Origin: Chthonomonadales bacterium | Lineage (GTDB): Bacteria > Armatimonadota > Chthonomonadetes > Chthonomonadales > CAJBBX01 | Assembly (NCBI GenBank): GCA_049967475.1 | Contig: JBMFSQ010000001.1 | Location: 150,600-214,599, forward strand | Direction: 5' to 3' | DNA length: 64,000 nt | Shown: positions 46,258 to 55,817 of the stretch, piece after piece | Position numbering within the stretch: the stretch's first letter is position 1 | How the letters are laid out: each line of letters begins with the position of its first letter | The notes under the pieces: generated by a model | Databases searched by the model: none | What the model was told of the DNA's origin: nothing | Seen by the model: only the letters and a program-made list of their open reading frames with translations | Program-made: the position numbers and the translations under genes

Positions 46258-48411
46258 ATGCCAGATTTGTTGTTGGAAGTCGGAACTGAGGAGATGCCGG
46301 CGGGGGCGGTACGGAGCGCGCTCGAACAACTGAAGGCAGCAGTGTCCGCCCGGCTTGCCGATGCGCGTTTGCCCGCTGACGAAGTTCAGGTATACGGCAC
46401 ACCGCGCCGGCTGATCCTCATCGCGTGCGATGTTCCGGAGGTGCAGGCGAACGCGGTGCTGGAAGTCCGCGGGCCCTCACGGGCGGCAGCGTTCGATGCT
46501 TCAGGGCATCCCACCAAGGCTGCCATTGGCTTCGCGCGCAAGCAAGGGGTAGCTGTAGAAGATCTTCGACTGGTAGACACGCCCCAGGGCGAATATGTGT
46601 ATGCCCGCGTTCTCCAAGAGGGCAAGCCCGCCAAGGACGTGCTGCCGGATCTACTGCGGCAAGCGGTATTGGGGCTTTATTTCCCCAAAATGATGCGGTG
46701 GAGCGAGGGCGCCGTGAGGTTCGTGCGGCCCATCCGCTGGATCTTGGCTCTGCTGGGCACGGACACGGTTCCCGTGGAGATTGCCGGGATACGAGCCGGC
46801 CGCTCTACACGGGGGCACCGGTTCCTGGCTCCTGGTCCCATGGAGGTGCCTGCGGCATCGGGGTTTGTGGAGAAGCTGCGCAGCGTGTGCGTGTTGGCGG
46901 ATCCTGACGAGCGCAGGTGTGAGATCGTGCGGCAGGCGAGTGAGCTCGCTCGCGGCGTGGGTGGTGTGGTGCCCTGGGATGAGGATCTGCTCGACGAGAA
47001 CGTTTGGTTGGTGGAGTATCCCACAGCCCTCTTGGGCCGCTTCGACACGGTTTACCTGGACCTACCTCGGCCCGTTCTCGTGACGGCTATGAAGAAGCAC
47101 CAGCGTACGTTCCCGGTGGAAGATGCCGACGGCCGCCTCATGCCGTACTTCATCGCGGTGCGCAACGGAGGCATGCGCTCGCTGGACGTGGTGCGTGAAG
47201 GGAATGAACGTGTGCTCACAGCGCGTTTCGCAGATGCGCGCTTCTTCTACGAAGAGGATCAGCGCTCCTCACTGGACGAGATGGCTGAACGCCTTTCGCG
47301 GGCGCTTTTCCAGGAGAAGTTGGGCACCCTGGCCCAGAAACGATCCCGGCTTGAAAAGCTGAGCGCATCGGTGGCGGAGGCGCGGCGAATGGATGCATCC
47401 GATCGCACCCTCTTGGCCCGCGCCGCGTCCCTGGCAAAGGCGGATCTTGCGAGCCGGATGGTCACAGAGCTCCCCGCTCTGCAGGGCATCATCGGCCGAG
47501 AATATGCCCTCATGCGTGGCGAGGATGCCCGTGTAGCCGACGCCATCGCAGAACACTATATGCCGCGCGGCGCCGGTGATCTTCTTCCGGGTTCGCCGAT
47601 CGGCAGGATCTTGGCCGTAGTGGATCGGATGGATACCCTTGTGGGTTACTATGCCGTAGGCATACGGCCCTCGGGCTCCAGCGATCCGTACGGATTGCGG
47701 AGGGCGGCCCAGGCAGTGGTGCAGATCCTCGCTGAGGATAGGGAGGCTCCTTCCCTTTCTGTGCTCGCATTTTTGGCGGGACAGGCGTATGCCGAAGTGA
47801 ATGGCCTCGAGGTTCCGATGCACGCGTTGTGGCCCGATCTACGCCTGCTCTTCGAACAGCGGATGGAAGCGCTCCTGGAGGAGAGGAATGTTCGCTACGA
47901 TCTGGCGGAGGCCGCACTGGGGGCCGGGCCGATACTGGCGCACCACGTGTATGCTGTGCTTTGCCGGGCGGACGCCTTGCAGAATGCTGCGGGGGACGAT
48001 GCCTTCGTACCCGTGGTGAATGCGGCGGGGAGGATTGCCAACATCCTTGCCGCAGCAGGGATGCGCGCCGAGCCGCCGGAGCCGCAAGCAGGTCAGCAGG
48101 AACCCCATCAAGTCCTCGCCGCTTTGGCTTCCGCTGTGCGCATGGGGCTGCTGCGCGAGGTAGAAGAGCGGGCGCTCTATGCCGAGGCGGAAAGGCTCAT
48201 GCCGGAGGTCGCTCGCGCAGCCTCGGCATACGATTTCGCCGGCCTCTATGCCGCGCTCAAGCCGATGGGTTGTGTGGTGGACCGCTTCTTTGATGAAGTG
48301 CTCGTGATGGCCGATGACGCATCGCTTCGAAACAACCGCCTTGCCCTGCTTCGATGGGTGGATGCCCTCTACCGCAGCCTCGCGGATTTCTCTAAGGTCG
48401 TCATCGCATAA
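46258..48411 (+). CDS. glyS: Glycine--tRNA ligase beta subunit
   Basis: LLEVGTEEMP, TPRRL, FVRPIRW, RFADARFF, DPYGLRR, RNNRLALL. Confidence 0.96.
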   Translation: MPDLLLEVGTEEMPAGAVRSALEQLKAAVSARLADARLPADEVQVYGTPRRLILIACDVPEVQANAVLEVRGPSRAAAFDASGHPTKAAIGFARKQGVAVEDLRLVDTPQGEYVYARVLQEGKPAKDVLPDLLRQAVLGLYFPKMMRWSEGAVRFVRPIRWILALLGTDTVPVEIAGIRAGRSTRGHRFLAPGPMEVPAASGFVEKLRSVCVLADPDERRCEIVRQASELARGVGGVVPWDEDLLDENVWLVEYPTALLGRFDTVYLDLPRPVLVTAMKKHQRTFPVEDADGRLMPYFIAVRNGGMRSLDVVREGNERVLTARFADARFFYEEDQRSSLDEMAERLSRALFQEKLGTLAQKRSRLEKLSASVAEARRMDASDRTLLARAASLAKADLASRMVTELPALQGIIGREYALMRGEDARVADAIAEHYMPRGAGDLLPGSPIGRILAVVDRMDTLVGYYAVGIRPSGSSDPYGLRRAAQAVVQILAEDREAPSLSVLAFLAGQAYAEVNGLEVPMHALWPDLRLLFEQRMEALLEERNVRYDLAEAALGAGPILAHHVYAVLCRADALQNAAGDDAFVPVVNAAGRIANILAAAGMRAEPPEPQAGQQEPHQVLAALASAVRMGLLREVEERALYAEAERLMPEVARAASAYDFAGLYAALKPMGCVVDRFFDEVLVMADDASLRNNRLALLRWVDALYRSLADFSKVVIA

Positions 48412-48472
48412 TCCTGCGCCGGCGGAACCCAGATGCGGGCCCGTGCGTAGAGTCCATGGGAGCCCTTGGAAC

Positions 48473-49207
48473 ATGCGAGCCGTTCTGAGTTGGGCGTTTC
48501 TATGGATTGTAGCGTGCCGGGCGGGCGCCTTCGGGCAGCCGCAGGCGCAGCAGCAAGAACTCTCGGCAGCGCAGATTTTGGCCAAAGCCCTGGAGGTCTA
48601 TGCGTCAACCCCCACCTACAGCGCCGAATGGAGTTATACAATGGAACGGTCAAGATCCGAGGCGCGCGCCACAGTGACGATCCAGGCAAAGGGAGGCCGG
48701 ATGCTGCTGTTCCACGTAGCGCGCTCGTCTTCCAAAGTTCAGGACGAGGAGCTGCCGGAACTCAAAGTGGTGGTGGACGGAAAGTCGGCCGTCTTCCAGA
48801 ACGCAACGGCCCGAATTTGGTACAGGGTTCCACTTCCGGCTGATGCACGCATCACCCCGCTGATGTTTCTGCCTCAGGTTCCTACTGCTCGCGGCGTCAA
48901 TCGCGGCCCCGACATTACCGAAGGGCGTACCCGTTGCTACACGGTGTGGGGAACTTCGCCGGACGGAGCTGTGACGCGGATGGTGGTGGACGCGAAGACC
49001 TTCAGGATCCGCACCATCGTAAACGAGGTCGTAATCGGGCTCGACAAGGTGACCTCTACGCTGGCTGTAGTAAAGGAAGAATTCGGAAAGGATCTTGCTG
49101 ACGCACTGTTCGAGGCGAAGGTCCCGCCGGGGTTCAAAGAGATCCCTGCGCCCTCAGAGGCTAAGGCGCTGTTCGGTGTGGCAGACGCAAAACCCGTAAA
49201 GCCGTGA
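48473..49207 (+). CDS. Secreted LolA/DUF2092-like protein
   Basis: Signal peptide, beta-rich core (VVVDGK), C-terminal DALFEAKVPPG typical of LolA-like folds. Confidence 0.55.
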   Translation: MRAVLSWAFLWIVACRAGAFGQPQAQQQELSAAQILAKALEVYASTPTYSAEWSYTMERSRSEARATVTIQAKGGRMLLFHVARSSSKVQDEELPELKVVVDGKSAVFQNATARIWYRVPLPADARITPLMFLPQVPTARGVNRGPDITEGRTRCYTVWGTSPDGAVTRMVVDAKTFRIRTIVNEVVIGLDKVTSTLAVVKEEFGKDLADALFEAKVPPGFKEIPAPSEAKALFGVADAKPVKP

Positions 49208-49244
49208 CGCACTCCCGGAAAGCAGGTTCCAACTGGACGCGGCA

Positions 49245-50567
49245 ATGAAGATTGTGTTCATAGACATTGACACCCTCCGTGCAGACCACCTGGGATGTTA
49301 CGGGTATGGGAAGCCGACGAGCCCCGCCATAGATCGGCTTGCGGCAGAGGGGGTGCTGTTCGAGAGTTGCTTCGCCCCCGGCATCCCCACTACGCCGGCC
49401 CACACCACCATCTACACTGGGATGCACCCGATTTCGCACAACATCGTGACCCATGGGGGCGCTGTGGACCTAGACCGCCGCATCCCAGTGTTGCCGGAGC
49501 TCCTTCAGCAAGCCGGCCTCACCACATGCGCTGCCGACAATCTGTACGACATCAAACCTTGGCTGGCCCGCGGATATGAGTTCTACATCAATTCTGCGCA
49601 TCGTCATCGTATGAAGCTGCTGGTGTCTTGCGAGGAGATCAATCACCGCGCCATTCCATGGATCAAGGCTCATGCGGACGAACCTTTCTTCCTGTTCATT
49701 CATTACTGGGAGCCGCACACTCCTTACCTGCCGCCGGCCCGGTACCGGCTCTTCTGGGATGGTCGAGATCCTTTCGATCCCAACATCCATAGCCTGGAAG
49801 GCATTAAGCAGACGCCCTTCTGGAAAATGTGGGGTGACACCTGGTTCCGGAAGCTCGGACCTGTAACGGATGCAGATTATATCGTGTCGCTCTACGACGG
49901 GGAAGTGCGCCATGCAGACGATGGGGTAGCCGAGCTTATGGCTGCCCTGGACGAAGCAGGCATCGCTGAGGACACCCTGGTGGTGCTTACAGCGGATCAT
50001 GGCGAGGTGATGGTGCGTAACGGCATCTACTTTGACCATCACGGCCTCTATGATGAGACCATCCGGGTTCCCCTTATTCTGCGATGGCCGGGGCGGCTCC
50101 CTGCCGGAAAGCGTGTACGCCACTTCGTGCAGCACCTGGATTACGCTCCAACGCTTCTGGCTTGGGTAGGATCGCAGGCTCCAGCAAACATGGAAGGAAA
50201 GGATTTCGGTCCTTTGGCAGAAGGGCGGGACGACACGCCCTTATGGGACCACGTGGTTTGTTGCGAATCCACCTGGCAATCCAAATGGGCATGGCGCACC
50301 CAAGACTACAAACTGATTGTTGCTCGGGCGCCCGACGCCTACGGCACGCCACCGAGGGAGCTTTATGATCTGGTGAACGATCCTGGTGAGGCGCACAACG
50401 TCGTAGGCGAATTGCCGGACATTGCCCACACCCTGGAACAGCATCTGGAAGAGTGGATTGCCCAGCAATTGGCACGCTTCGGACGGACCGTGGATCCTCT
50501 GGTGGCGCAGGGCATTACCCTCGGAAAGCGGTGGGAAGCGATGCGCGCGGAATCCAAGGGGTCCTAG
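49245..50567 (+). CDS. Sulfatase-family hydrolase (Thr-type motif)
   Basis: IDIDTLRADHL, TTPAHTTIYTG, HYWEPHTPY, TADHGE, ELYDLVNDPGE. Confidence 0.9.
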   Translation: MKIVFIDIDTLRADHLGCYGYGKPTSPAIDRLAAEGVLFESCFAPGIPTTPAHTTIYTGMHPISHNIVTHGGAVDLDRRIPVLPELLQQAGLTTCAADNLYDIKPWLARGYEFYINSAHRHRMKLLVSCEEINHRAIPWIKAHADEPFFLFIHYWEPHTPYLPPARYRLFWDGRDPFDPNIHSLEGIKQTPFWKMWGDTWFRKLGPVTDADYIVSLYDGEVRHADDGVAELMAALDEAGIAEDTLVVLTADHGEVMVRNGIYFDHHGLYDETIRVPLILRWPGRLPAGKRVRHFVQHLDYAPTLLAWVGSQAPANMEGKDFGPLAEGRDDTPLWDHVVCCESTWQSKWAWRTQDYKLIVARAPDAYGTPPRELYDLVNDPGEAHNVVGELPDIAHTLEQHLEEWIAQQLARFGRTVDPLVAQGITLGKRWEAMRAESKGS

Positions 50568-50587
50568 CCTCCAGGGCTGCTCGCCTG

Positions 50588-51547
50588 TTACAGGGGCTCT
50601 TCCGGAATGGCGGGTGGGGCGCCCCTCATCGCCAAAGCCACGCCGGCCAGCAAGATAACCCCGCCAATCCCTTGGTGCAGGCGCACTCTTTCGCCCAGAA
50701 AGGCCCAAGCCAGCGCCGCCGCAAACACGGGTTCTGTGAGAATGGTGGCGGCGACCTGGGGAGCAGGCAGGCGCCGGACGGACCAGTTGATCACCGTATG
50801 TCCGATGATCTGCGGCACAACGGCCATACCCAGGGCCGAAAGCCAAACCGCAACCGGTGTGGCGAACACACGCGAGGGCGGCGCAGCTGCCAATGCGAAG
50901 GGCCACAAGGAGAGTGCGCCGAAGGAATAGGTCCATGCCACGAGCTGCCACGTGCCGAGCGCTTCCCCCTGCGGGAGTACGGTTAGTTTCTGGATGATGA
51001 GGAGGTAGGCTGCGATCAACATGGCTCCTGCGACGGCGAGGGCCGCGCCGGCCGTCTGTTGGTTGGGGATAGGAAGGGGTGCGGATGCACTTCCCAGCGT
51101 AATCAGGCGCATCCCTGCAGCGGCAATCGCGAGCCCAGCCCAGAACCATGGACGCACCCGCTCGCCCAGGAACAAGCGTCCGCCCAAGCCTGTCCACACG
51201 GGCGTGGTGCAAACGAGTAGTGTGGAAAGAGCCACAGGTGTGCGCTGCAACGAGGCGAACCATGCGGCGAAATGCAGCCCCAGCAGCACTCCCGCTGCAG
51301 CCAGGCGAAGGGCGGGAACCTGGGCGGAGCGCGCCCGTGTTCGGGACATCGCCGCTAGAGCGCAACCGGCGAGCACCATGATGGCCGCCAGCGTGAGCCG
51401 CCATGCTGCGAGGACTACAGGGTGCGCCCCTGCATCCAGACCGAAGCGAGCCAGAAGGGCGGCCGATCCGATGGCAAGCTGGCCCACGGCGAGCATCCAA
51501 TATGCCAGGGCGGGGCTGGGCTCACGATGGGCGGGACGTTGGCTCAT
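50588..51547 (-). CDS. EamA/DMT-family transporter
   Basis: About 10 TM segments, LHFAAWFASL, EPVFAA, FLGE repeated twice. Confidence 0.9.
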   Translation of the reverse strand: MSQRPAHREPSPALAYWMLAVGQLAIGSAALLARFGLDAGAHPVVLAAWRLTLAAIMVLAGCALAAMSRTRARSAQVPALRLAAAGVLLGLHFAAWFASLQRTPVALSTLLVCTTPVWTGLGGRLFLGERVRPWFWAGLAIAAAGMRLITLGSASAPLPIPNQQTAGAALAVAGAMLIAAYLLIIQKLTVLPQGEALGTWQLVAWTYSFGALSLWPFALAAAPPSRVFATPVAVWLSALGMAVVPQIIGHTVINWSVRRLPAPQVAATILTEPVFAAALAWAFLGERVRLHQGIGGVILLAGVALAMRGAPPAIPEEPL

Positions 51548-52547
51548 CCCAATCTCCCACGTAGAGCACTTCCTCTTCCAATCGGACGCCGAAAGCCTCG
51601 TAGACGCGAGCCTTTACCAGCTCGGCCAGGCTCCGGATATCGGCGGCGGTAGCGTTCCCCCGGTTCAGAAGGAAATTAGCGTGGCGTGTGCTGACCTGCG
51701 CTCCGCCCACTGCGAGGCCCATGCAACCGCACGCTTCGCTTAGATATCCGGCCGGGATCACCCCTGCCTCGCGCAGAGGGCCGGGAAGTCCCGGGATCTT
51801 TTGGGCCAGCTCAGGGTCTATCACGTTTTTGAAGAAGCTTCCGGCGGATGCGTACCAGGGCTGCCTCCAAATGCGCCGTGCCTGGTTGCGGCGCGCCTCC
51901 GCCAAAATCGCGGTTCGTGGAGCCCTGGTAAGGCGCAGCTTCACGGCGATCACGGCGGCTTGCTGGGAGCCTTGGCGCAGGCGGCTGTTTCGGTACGAAA
52001 AGCCCATCCAACTGGGATCTACGGTGCGCCGGTCTCCCGCCTCCACCACCTCGAGCTCTTGTACCAGCTCCCCGATATTGTGCCGGTAAGCTCCGGCATT
52101 GGACACGAGGGCTCCGCCCACGGTACCCGGGATCCCAACTGCAAATTCCAACCCCGACAGGCTTTCGCGGGCGCTGTCCAGGAAGAGCCTCATGAGGGGA
52201 TAGCCGGTGTCTACGTATGTTACCTCTGCTACCCGGCAGCGTCGGCACAGGTTGTGGATCACCAGTCCGCGGAAGCCACGGTCGCTCACACAGATATTGC
52301 TGCCTCCGCCCAACAGGAACCACGGGACGCCTTCCTGCTGAACAACCGCCAGGACCTCCGCCAGATCCTCTGCGGTGCCCGCTGCGTAATAAAGATCAGC
52401 GGGACCACCTACTCGGAGAGTGGTATATTTGCGGAGGGGTTCGTTTTGGACCACCCTCCGGCGGATGCGCTCGGGGAGGGATTTGAGGATCAGATGGGTT
52501 GGCACGGCTTGACGGCGGCCGGCCGCCGCGTTTGGGGATGGCTTCAT
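51522..52547 (-). CDS. murB: UDP-N-acetylmuramate dehydrogenase
   Basis: TTLRVGGPA, LGGGSN, GLEFAVGIPGTVGG..NAGAY, SAGSFFKN, HANF. Confidence 0.95.
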   Translation of the reverse strand: MKPSPNAAAGRRQAVPTHLILKSLPERIRRRVVQNEPLRKYTTLRVGGPADLYYAAGTAEDLAEVLAVVQQEGVPWFLLGGGSNICVSDRGFRGLVIHNLCRRCRVAEVTYVDTGYPLMRLFLDSARESLSGLEFAVGIPGTVGGALVSNAGAYRHNIGELVQELEVVEAGDRRTVDPSWMGFSYRNSRLRQGSQQAAVIAVKLRLTRAPRTAILAEARRNQARRIWRQPWYASAGSFFKNVIDPELAQKIPGLPGPLREAGVIPAGYLSEACGCMGLAVGGAQVSTRHANFLLNRGNATAADIRSLAELVKARVYEAFGVRLEEEVLYVGDWDEPTSRPS

Positions 52548-52603
52548 TTGCCCATCAGTGTAACACGCAGAGGCACGGGTGTACAAGGCGGAGTGGAAGC
52601 TCA

Positions 52604-52632
52604 TTGACAAGCTGCCGCTGCCGCCGCATAAT
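52604..52632 (+). promoter_or_regulatory. Sigma70-type promoter for rplY
   Basis: TTGACA-N17-CATAAT. Confidence 0.7.
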
Positions 52633-52691
52633 GACAATGGATATTACCGGCCTTTAGCGGCCGTTGGGTACGCAGAGGTCGCCGACAGGAG

Positions 52692-53330
52692 ATGGAAGCC
52701 ATGCGAGCTCGGTTGCGTGTTGTTCCACGCGCGCCTATGACGAAGGGCCAAATCAAGAAGCTGCGCGCCCAGGGATATGTGCCGGTGTCGTTAAGCGGTC
52801 GAGGTGTGAGTACGCGACACTACAGTGCGCCCAGTAAGGATCTGCAGGAGATCCTTCGGAAGGGCGGGCAAGCCGCCCTCATCGAAGTGCTGGTTGACGG
52901 CGAGGACGGCGCTGTCCTGGCAATGCCGCGTCAGGTGGAGCGAGACCCCATTACGCATGGGCTCCTTCAGGTGGGGTTGATGCGCGTGTCTGCCCAGCAG
53001 CCTATTATCGCCAATGTGCCCGTCGTGCTGGTAGGGCAGCCCGGCGCAGCAAAATCGGGCCACGGTGTGCTGGAGCACGAGCGCGACACCCTGGAGGTTC
53101 GCGGCCTGCCCGAGAAGCTGCCGACCCACGTAGACGTGGATGTGTCGGGTATGGAGTTGGGGGACGCGCTCCACGTGCGCGATGTTCCAATCCCGCCAGA
53201 TTGTGAAATCCTCACGGCGCCGGACGAGATCATTGCCGTGCTCCATCCCGTCCGTGTGCATGAAGCAGCCGCCGAGGAAGCGGCCGACACCGGGGCCGCA
53301 GAGGCAAGCACTTCGCGTACGGAGGAATGA
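52692..53330 (+). CDS. rplY: 50S ribosomal protein L25/Ctc (long form)
   Basis: KKLRAQGYVP, RQVERDPI, VPVVLVG, LPTHVDVDVSGMELGDALHVRD. Confidence 0.9.
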   Translation: MEAMRARLRVVPRAPMTKGQIKKLRAQGYVPVSLSGRGVSTRHYSAPSKDLQEILRKGGQAALIEVLVDGEDGAVLAMPRQVERDPITHGLLQVGLMRVSAQQPIIANVPVVLVGQPGAAKSGHGVLEHERDTLEVRGLPEKLPTHVDVDVSGMELGDALHVRDVPIPPDCEILTAPDEIIAVLHPVRVHEAAAEEAADTGAAEASTSRTEE

Positions 53331-54466
53331 AGCCAATGTTCGATGGGAACCGATATGCGAGGCTGAGCTCATTGGCCGGCTCTTCATGGAACGTCGTTTT
53401 GGTCCTTGCATCGGCCTGGGCGGCGGTGTCGCCCGCACGCGCGGATCGCGCCGCTCCGATGGATTTTTCACCGGACGGCCAGCGCATCGCCTACGCCTGG
53501 GTGGGCACCCCTGCTGCGTCGCTGAGCGTTGTTCGCATAGATGGATCCGCGCTGCAGGTGGTTCCAGGCGGAGCCGGAGGGGCGGCGCCGAAGTGGTCTC
53601 CCGATGGGAGCCAATTGCTCTTCGCGGCCGGAGATGTACCGAACCGCGCCCGCATTTACGATATTGCAAAGGGCCAGACGCACGACGTGGGCCCTTTGAT
53701 CGGGCCGCCCTTCGCCTGGCGTGAGGATGGCAAGCGCCTGGCGGGTCTTCGCCCTTTGGCTTCGGGAGGTGTCGAGATCGTATGGTATCTCGTGGCCGAT
53801 GCGGGCACAACGTTCCGCGTTCCACTCACCTTTCAGCCCGTGCAGCGAGGGCCGCTCATCTGGCTGCCCAATACCGATGACGCCGCCATGCTGGGGCAGA
53901 GTGCTACAGGGGTGGACGTGTACACTGTGGAGGCGGGCCAGATCCACCAGATCACGACTTCCAGCGACGTTCTGGGTTTGGCGTTGAGCGCTGACCGAAG
54001 CTCCCTTGTGTGGGCGCGTAAGAGCCCGAATACGCGCTACATTCTGATGTCTGCGTACCGTTTCGATTTGAAGAGCCGATCGTCCGTGCGGCTGTCTTTT
54101 CCGGACCGGGTGAAGGCGCTGAACCCCGATCCGCATCATGCTCCTCGTTCCGTGGATTGGGTGGAGTTTTCACCGGACGGCTCCAGGCTTCTGATGTGGG
54201 TTACACTGGATGTGAAACCTGTGAACAAGGTGGTACGGGCGCTTTACACCGTAACCATGGACGGGCGGTCGGCGCAGTTATTGGCGCGATCCGCGCCGCA
54301 GGATGCGGTTGGACCTGCTGCCGCGCCGGCGGGCGAATACGTGCTTGATGCGTGCTGGTCCAAAGACGGCAGCAAAATCGCAGTGATGCAAGGTGTTCCC
54401 GGCTCAGAGACCCTTACCGTTTTTGGAGCCGATGGGTCGGGAGGTACCGTCATCGCTCGGCAATAG
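53327..54466 (+). CDS. Secreted TolB-like beta-propeller (PD40 repeats)
   Basis: FSPDG, WSPDG, WREDG, WSKDG repeats; signal peptide. Confidence 0.75.
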   Translation: MKPMFDGNRYARLSSLAGSSWNVVLVLASAWAAVSPARADRAAPMDFSPDGQRIAYAWVGTPAASLSVVRIDGSALQVVPGGAGGAAPKWSPDGSQLLFAAGDVPNRARIYDIAKGQTHDVGPLIGPPFAWREDGKRLAGLRPLASGGVEIVWYLVADAGTTFRVPLTFQPVQRGPLIWLPNTDDAAMLGQSATGVDVYTVEAGQIHQITTSSDVLGLALSADRSSLVWARKSPNTRYILMSAYRFDLKSRSSVRLSFPDRVKALNPDPHHAPRSVDWVEFSPDGSRLLMWVTLDVKPVNKVVRALYTVTMDGRSAQLLARSAPQDAVGPAAAPAGEYVLDACWSKDGSKIAVMQGVPGSETLTVFGADGSGGTVIARQ

Positions 54467-54671
54467 CAGGGATGCGCCGGATTGCTCTGCTCGAGCTGCG
54501 GGATCCCTGCTTCCCACATCCTGTTTGACCAGGGACCCGCGGCTGAGCGCGGCATCTATGGGCAGGCACGGCCAAGCAGGCCGCAATCCGTTTGTGGCGG
54601 CACCGGCGTGCTGCCCCGGTCAGGCCTTGATCGTACGGCCGCGGTCTGTTTCGGGGAGAGGAGCTTAAGCT

Positions 54672-55817
54672 ATGTTGCGGCGGGCTCTGCTGGCAGGAAG
54701 CGCTCCATTCCTGCTCATGGGGTTATGGGGTTGCGCAACCATGGCGGTGTCGCCCGACGGAAGGCGCGTGGCTGCCACATCCGCTCATGGCCTGGCGATT
54801 TTGGATGACCGAGGACGTGTGCTGCGTACGGTTCCGCAAAGCGACCACGCGGACGCCGTGCTCTGGTCCCCCGACGGCCGATACTTGCTCTTTTTCAAGT
54901 CGGGCGACCAGAAACAGGGCACCTCGGAAAGGGAGGCGGCTGAAACCGCTGTTCTCTACGATACGGCAACGAACCAGCTCAAAGTGATCTCGAGGAGCGC
55001 CAGCGATGTCGGTGCCTTCCGCAGCGACGGCCGCAAGGTGGCGCTGTTCGAGCTGGACGAAGGCGGCCAGGTGGCGCTCGTGGAGCGGGACATCCCTTCT
55101 GGAGAAGAAACGGCCCGCTACTACTCCTCCGCGGTGAACGTGTCTGGTCCAGGAATGCAATGGCTCCCGGGCAGGGATGCCCAGGCTTATCTGGCAACGG
55201 GTGCGGACCGGACACGGCACGGCGCATCCGACTTATACGTGATGATGGACGGCGAGGAACAGGTTCTGTGTCCGTGCGACGATGTGATCGGCTTTGCCCC
55301 GACGGCCGACGGTAAGGGATTGATCTGGGCCAGAAGCCCTCGGAATGGACGGCCCGCTCCGCTGATCCTCGAGACCTATGATTTTGCTTCCCAAACCCGC
55401 ACGCCCGTCCCCATGAAGCGCATGCCTTTTTGGTTGACTGCGTCCGAGGGGTATCGTGCCGAAGTTGTTTACGCTGCATTTTCGCCGGACACGCGCCGCC
55501 TTGCAGTGTGCGTGGACTATGAGGAACGGCGCCATCCTTCGTGGCGCAAGGCCCGCACCTTCAGCGCCTGCTTTGTGATGACCCGGGACGGCACCCAATG
55601 GAGGCTGCTCCGGCGGACTGTACCGCGCAACGTGGACGGGGGCGTGGTCATCCTGCCGCAATGGGCCAGGAACGGCAGCCGCATCGCAGTGATGCTTCTT
55701 GGCCAATATACGTACACAGTGTCTTTGTTTGAACCGGATGGGTCTCGAGAACGGCGGCTGCTGGCCGTGATCGAATGGCCGCGCTACCGGGCGAGGCGCC
55801 ATAGGGGCCGTCGTTGA
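54672..55817 (+). CDS. TolB-like beta-propeller lipoprotein (PD40 repeats)
   Basis: Lipobox LWGC; VSPDG, WSPDG, FSPD repeats. Confidence 0.75.
   Translation: MLRRALLAGSAPFLLMGLWGCATMAVSPDGRRVAATSAHGLAILDDRGRVLRTVPQSDHADAVLWSPDGRYLLFFKSGDQKQGTSEREAAETAVLYDTATNQLKVISRSASDVGAFRSDGRKVALFELDEGGQVALVERDIPSGEETARYYSSAVNVSGPGMQWLPGRDAQAYLATGADRTRHGASDLYVMMDGEEQVLCPCDDVIGFAPTADGKGLIWARSPRNGRPAPLILETYDFASQTRTPVPMKRMPFWLTASEGYRAEVVYAAFSPDTRRLAVCVDYEERRHPSWRKARTFSACFVMTRDGTQWRLLRRTVPRNVDGGVVILPQWARNGSRIAVMLLGQYTYTVSLFEPDGSRERRLLAVIEWPRYRARRHRGRR

Noticed and set aside
53461..54181. Repeated TTTTCACCGGACGG sequence
   Set aside because: It encodes FSPDG of PD40 protein repeats; not a DNA repeat or CRISPR array
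54466..54510. GCAGGGAT/ATCCCTGC inverted repeat as a terminator
   Set aside because: The 29-nt loop is too large and there is no real U-tract
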